In this document: one piece after another, positions 60,891 through 64,000 of the stretch | Position numbering within the stretch: position 1 is the stretch's first letter | Layout: every line of letters begins with the position of its first letter | Notes under the pieces: generated by a model | Databases searched by the model: none | The model's input: the letters and a program-made list of their open reading frames with translations, nothing else | Told to the model about the DNA's origin: nothing | Source of the DNA: Candidatus Enterousia sp. | Lineage (GTDB): Bacteria; Pseudomonadota; Alphaproteobacteria; Rs-D84 | Length of the DNA stretch: 64,000 bases | Assembly: GCA_045646625.1 (NCBI GenBank) | Contig: JAZRLB010000004.1 | Location: 2,323 to 66,322, forward strand | Direction of reading: 5' to 3' | Translations under genes and position numbers: made by a program

Positions 60891-61691
60891 ATGATTAAAC
60901 CAGGGGATAAATTTTCAGCAAATGATTTAACTACTTCTTTGAAAGAGGTTTGCAATTATGAAGTCAATAATTTTGCAATTAATAATCGGTGTGTTGCAGG
61001 TGTAATTATTGGTGATTCCGCCATTGTGCCAGTCAATATGACGCCCTGCGAATATAAAAACATTTGTGAGGAAGAAAATAACGCGCTTACATCAAGCGCG
61101 CTGAATCTGGACAGGCAATTGCGCAAAGTCGGATTGAAAACCACGCACAGGTTTGCCTACAAATACAAGATAGGAGGATTAACGCAAAAACAAATAATTG
61201 ATTCAGCATATTGTCTGGAATGGTTTTATCAAATATGGAATACAACCATACCAAAACAAGAATTTGAGGATGAATATTTTTCTAAAATTGATGACGCGTT
61301 CCGCCTGACGTACTATTATGCACAGTATTTGTGGGCACAGAACCCGCGTGTATGTGGCGATATTGCCAAAGCGCTGTGGGCGCCAGATGTTTCTCGTTGG
61401 AAACAAATCACGGCCGCAATTCTGGGAATTGGGTTTGGTTTTCACCCTGATGATGTTTACGAATTCGCAATCGAACATATAAATCCAAACCTGTCACGAC
61501 AGGCACACGATAAGCGATATGCAGAACAGCGGGAGTTCAAAAATAAAATGAAGGATTGTTGGAGTATTGATACAGGGTGTTTAGTTCTGTCGCAAAAAAA
61601 CCGCGACAAACTTGAAAAAATTGTCACAAAGACAGATACGCCCTATTTTGTGCAGGTTGTAAAGAAACTATTGCTTAAGAAGGAACGATAA
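60891..61691 (+). CDS. hypothetical protein
   Basis: 266-aa ORF followed by bidirectional terminator aaaaatcccccgaatgggggattttt (61693-61718). Confidence 0.45.
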   Translation: MIKPGDKFSANDLTTSLKEVCNYEVNNFAINNRCVAGVIIGDSAIVPVNMTPCEYKNICEEENNALTSSALNLDRQLRKVGLKTTHRFAYKYKIGGLTQKQIIDSAYCLEWFYQIWNTTIPKQEFEDEYFSKIDDAFRLTYYYAQYLWAQNPRVCGDIAKALWAPDVSRWKQITAAILGIGFGFHPDDVYEFAIEHINPNLSRQAHDKRYAEQREFKNKMKDCWSIDTGCLVLSQKNRDKLEKIVTKTDTPYFVQVVKKLLLKKER

Positions 61692-61719
61692 TAAAAATCC
61701 CCCGAATGGGGGATTTTTA

Positions 61720-61869
61720 TTAACAACCGCCGGTCATATTGCCGATGATTTTTGAAACAGAAATATCTTTGTGCAGCAGGAATTCATATTCACAGTTACC
61801 TGATTTGTAATAGCCGCCACAAGCGCTTAATGTCAATACGGCAACCAATGCCAACAATGCTTTTTTCAT
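61720..61869 (-). CDS. small lipoprotein (entericidin-like size)
   Basis: ATG 61869 after AAGGAG; MKKALLALVAVLTLSACGG lipobox; 49 aa. Confidence 0.45.
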   Translation of the reverse strand: MKKALLALVAVLTLSACGGYYKSGNCEYEFLLHKDISVSKIIGNMTGGC

Positions 61870-61935
61870 AGGTTCTCCTTTTATGTTAAAGTTAACGTGT
61901 AAATTATACAGGAATAAATTCAAACTTTCAATACT

Positions 61936-62286
61936 TTAGATAGAATTTTTTATCCAATGAATACGCAGCCCACATACCACAATTACATCAAACCGCGCAT
62001 CGCCCGTCCAACCAATGCGCGCGATAAATGTTTCCGCCGCACGACGCAGACGTGCCGATTGACGCATCGTAATCGCGTCAAATGCGGTTTGTACGTCAGG
62101 ACGATTTTTCACCTCGACAAAAATTAACAGATTTCTGCGTCGCGCAATTATATCTATTTCCGCACGATTGGTATTACGACCCGTAATATAGCGAGATGAA
62201 ACAATCTTGTAACCGTGCAGACGCAAATAATTGCGGGCCAGAAATTCTGCAAATAAACCCTTGGAATATGATGTTCTAGAACGCAT
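61936..62286 (-). CDS. yraN: YraN/UPF0102-family endonuclease-like protein
   Basis: AEFLARNYL..GYKIV..RY....EIDIIA......FVEVK motif series; start assumed at internal M (62286). Confidence 0.7.
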   Translation of the reverse strand: MRSRTSYSKGLFAEFLARNYLRLHGYKIVSSRYITGRNTNRAEIDIIARRRNLLIFVEVKNRPDVQTAFDAITMRQSARLRRAAETFIARIGWTGDARFDVIVVCGLRIHWIKNSI

Positions 62287-63058
62287 ACGGCTTTGCCCGG
62301 AAGTTTTCACGCGCAGACTGGATGTTCTTGACCAAATCGGACGCGTTGCGACCATTGTCCACCAAATCCAGCGCGCCATAGTATGCAATCAACATAGGGT
62401 CGTATGAATTCGTACTGGAAATCCAATGGTCCGTTCCTGAATTTGGCGCACCATATTTATCCAGCACGTGCTGCCAGAAAGCCAGGATTTTATTTTCACG
62501 CTGTTTTTCAAACTTTTCGGCCGCCCCTTCAATCTCGTTCACATCATTGTTATAAACCACACGGTATACACGATTATCTGTTGCATTGCTTGTAAAATAA
62601 ACCACTATGGTTTCCCCAGTGTTTTCACGAACTAGATGTAATTCAGATGCATACAACAGACCACGATTGCGCGCCAGACTGTTGATACATTTTTCCAGTT
62701 CTGCTGGAACAACTGTGCCCTGGTTACGACATTCATAGTCAAGATTATTTTTCCAATCTGGGTGAATGGTATAGATTATGCCATTTTGTTGACGCGGGGC
62801 GTAAAGACCGCGTTCGCGAAAAAACAATGTGTAAACATCATCAAATGACATCCCCAACATAATGCCCGCAATATCAAATGCCCCAACAGATGCAACCGAT
62901 GCACCTGAATTTAAATCAACGTCATCCATCGTGATGTCGGTGTCACCACTGTCCACAATGGCAAACTCGTTAAAATCGAATGCGTCAGTATCAGCGCACG
63001 CAACCCCAATAGATGTCACCGTGCATAAAATCATAAAAAATTTCAGCATTTGTTTCAT
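62276..63058 (-). CDS. hypothetical secreted protein
   Basis: Signal peptide MKQMLKFFMILCTVTSIGVACA; 260 aa; no family recognised. Confidence 0.45.
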   Translation of the reverse strand: MKQMLKFFMILCTVTSIGVACADTDAFDFNEFAIVDSGDTDITMDDVDLNSGASVASVGAFDIAGIMLGMSFDDVYTLFFRERGLYAPRQQNGIIYTIHPDWKNNLDYECRNQGTVVPAELEKCINSLARNRGLLYASELHLVRENTGETIVVYFTSNATDNRVYRVVYNNDVNEIEGAAEKFEKQRENKILAFWQHVLDKYGAPNSGTDHWISSTNSYDPMLIAYYGALDLVDNGRNASDLVKNIQSARENFRAKPYAF

Positions 63059-63077
63059 ATACTATATTATTCCCATT

Positions 63078-63719
63078 TTAGTCGTGTGATGCAACATCAA
63101 TAACTATGAATTTAAATGCGGCGGCTGGGTCACCATCTGTTTCCAGGTATTCTTCAACAGATGTGCCCCAAACAACATCGCGCATACCAGGTGCATAATT
63201 TATACCCAGGTAAAGCGTTCCACGACTGATATCAGGAGATACGGAAAAATTATTCGGTGTACGCCACGTTTTCAATTCATATTCCGCAATCCAATACTGT
63301 TTATTTGTGTCTTGGACCAATGACAGCAATGAAACTGTACGCAGCATTCTGTCCTGGGCCATTTTTTCCAGTTCTGGCGCAACTTTTTCCAGCCAAGTGG
63401 TAAATACTGCACGGGTTGACATACGCGCCAATGATGTGCTGGCCTCTTTACGGCGGGTTATGTCCGTGACATCTGGAGTCACATAGAAATATTCCGTTAT
63501 ATATTTTGCAATCAGGCGTTCACGCATCGCATTGACACCAACGTCACTGTCACTTAGAACATCTTCAAAGCGCATTGATGCAGTGTCGCCCGGCTGAAAA
63601 AAATAAGTGTCAACAGATACCTTTTCGCCCGTGTCATAAATTAATCCAGACAAAACCAATGCAACGCACATCAGCGCCATTAGCAATAAACCTGAAAAAA
63701 ATATTATCAGCTTCTTCAT
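63078..63719 (-). CDS. hypothetical N-terminally anchored membrane/periplasmic protein
   Basis: N-terminal TM MKKLIIFFSGLLLMALMCVALVL; start overlaps upstream stop (TAATG). Confidence 0.45.
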   Translation of the reverse strand: MKKLIIFFSGLLLMALMCVALVLSGLIYDTGEKVSVDTYFFQPGDTASMRFEDVLSDSDVGVNAMRERLIAKYITEYFYVTPDVTDITRRKEASTSLARMSTRAVFTTWLEKVAPELEKMAQDRMLRTVSLLSLVQDTNKQYWIAEYELKTWRTPNNFSVSPDISRGTLYLGINYAPGMRDVVWGTSVEEYLETDGDPAAAFKFIVIDVASHD

Positions 63720-64000
63720 TAGTTCATCTTGTATGCGTTAAAGTCGGCTACATAGTACCCCAATGTTTGCGGATATGAATCCGCATTACTGGCAACCGTT
63801 GCGTATGCCAAAATTTTTATTGGGGCGTTTTTATTCGACAGAATTGTTGCGCTGATTTGCCAGGCGCCACCGTTCGGGGTCACTTCACCAATCGGATTCA
63901 TCTGTATCGACGACATATCAATACGCCAGGTTTCACCATTTAATATGCGCGACTGATATTCTGGCTTTACATCAGATGTAAAGCGAGAAAAAATATCGTC
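63719..64000 (-). CDS. hypothetical protein, partial (N-terminus lies beyond window end)
   Basis: Open frame runs without stop from 64000 to TAA at 63719; translationally coupled to downstream gene. Confidence 0.4.
   Translation of the reverse strand, partial: DDIFSRFTSDVKPEYQSRILNGETWRIDMSSIQMNPIGEVTPNGGAWQISATILSNKNAPIKILAYATVASNADSYPQTLGYYVADFNAYKMN

Overview
This 64 kb window reads as a gene-dense chromosomal segment of a proteobacterium, probably alpha-proteobacterium-like. That call rests on tight operons with 4-nt start/stop overlaps, a type-A RNase P RNA, an lpxA-lpxB pair, and a bactofilin plus membrane M23 peptidase pair. GC looks moderate by eye, with a few clearly AT-richer patches. 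Core housekeeping genes I recognise are tgt, queA, era, dcd, prfB (with its canonical programmed +1 frameshift), sodB, a fused accD-accA carboxyltransferase, ihfB, a 1-Cys peroxiredoxin, an MsbA-like ABC exporter, amiC, RNase E/G, priA, rpiB, lpxA/lpxB, ftsH-tilS, groES/groEL, ackA, recG, a BepA-like M48 protease and yraN. I also call tRNA-Ser(CGA), tRNA-Glu(UUC) and tRNA-Lys(UUU), plus RNase P RNA (rnpB) on the minus strand. I saw no CRISPR array, transposase or obvious prophage. Between the housekeeping genes sit several accessory, candidate-novel loci: (1) a tRNA-Glu-flanked AT-rich islet encoding a 587-aa protein with an HNH-like zinc-finger N-terminus and about seven 22-residue LxSLxGAP-type repeats; (2) a three-gene cluster of an 18-residue YxIY-repeat protein, a YegD-like Hsp70-family ATPase and an MprF-flippase-like (UPF0104) membrane protein; (3) two large co-oriented hypothetical genes (about 240 and 790 aa) next to a phage-tail-fibre-like gene; (4) a small chimeric protein combining a histone-H1-like Lys-rich tail, a metallothionein-like Cys cluster, a TM helix and a canonical EF-hand; (5) a bacterial GT6 (ABO-blood-group-type) glycosyltransferase with the NXN motif next to the MsbA-like exporter; (6) an APH/choline-kinase-like small kinase in an AT-rich patch. 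Several secreted Cys-rich or repeat proteins and eukaryote-like domains (GT6, EF-hand, kinase-like fold) suggest a host-associated lifestyle. This is inference only.
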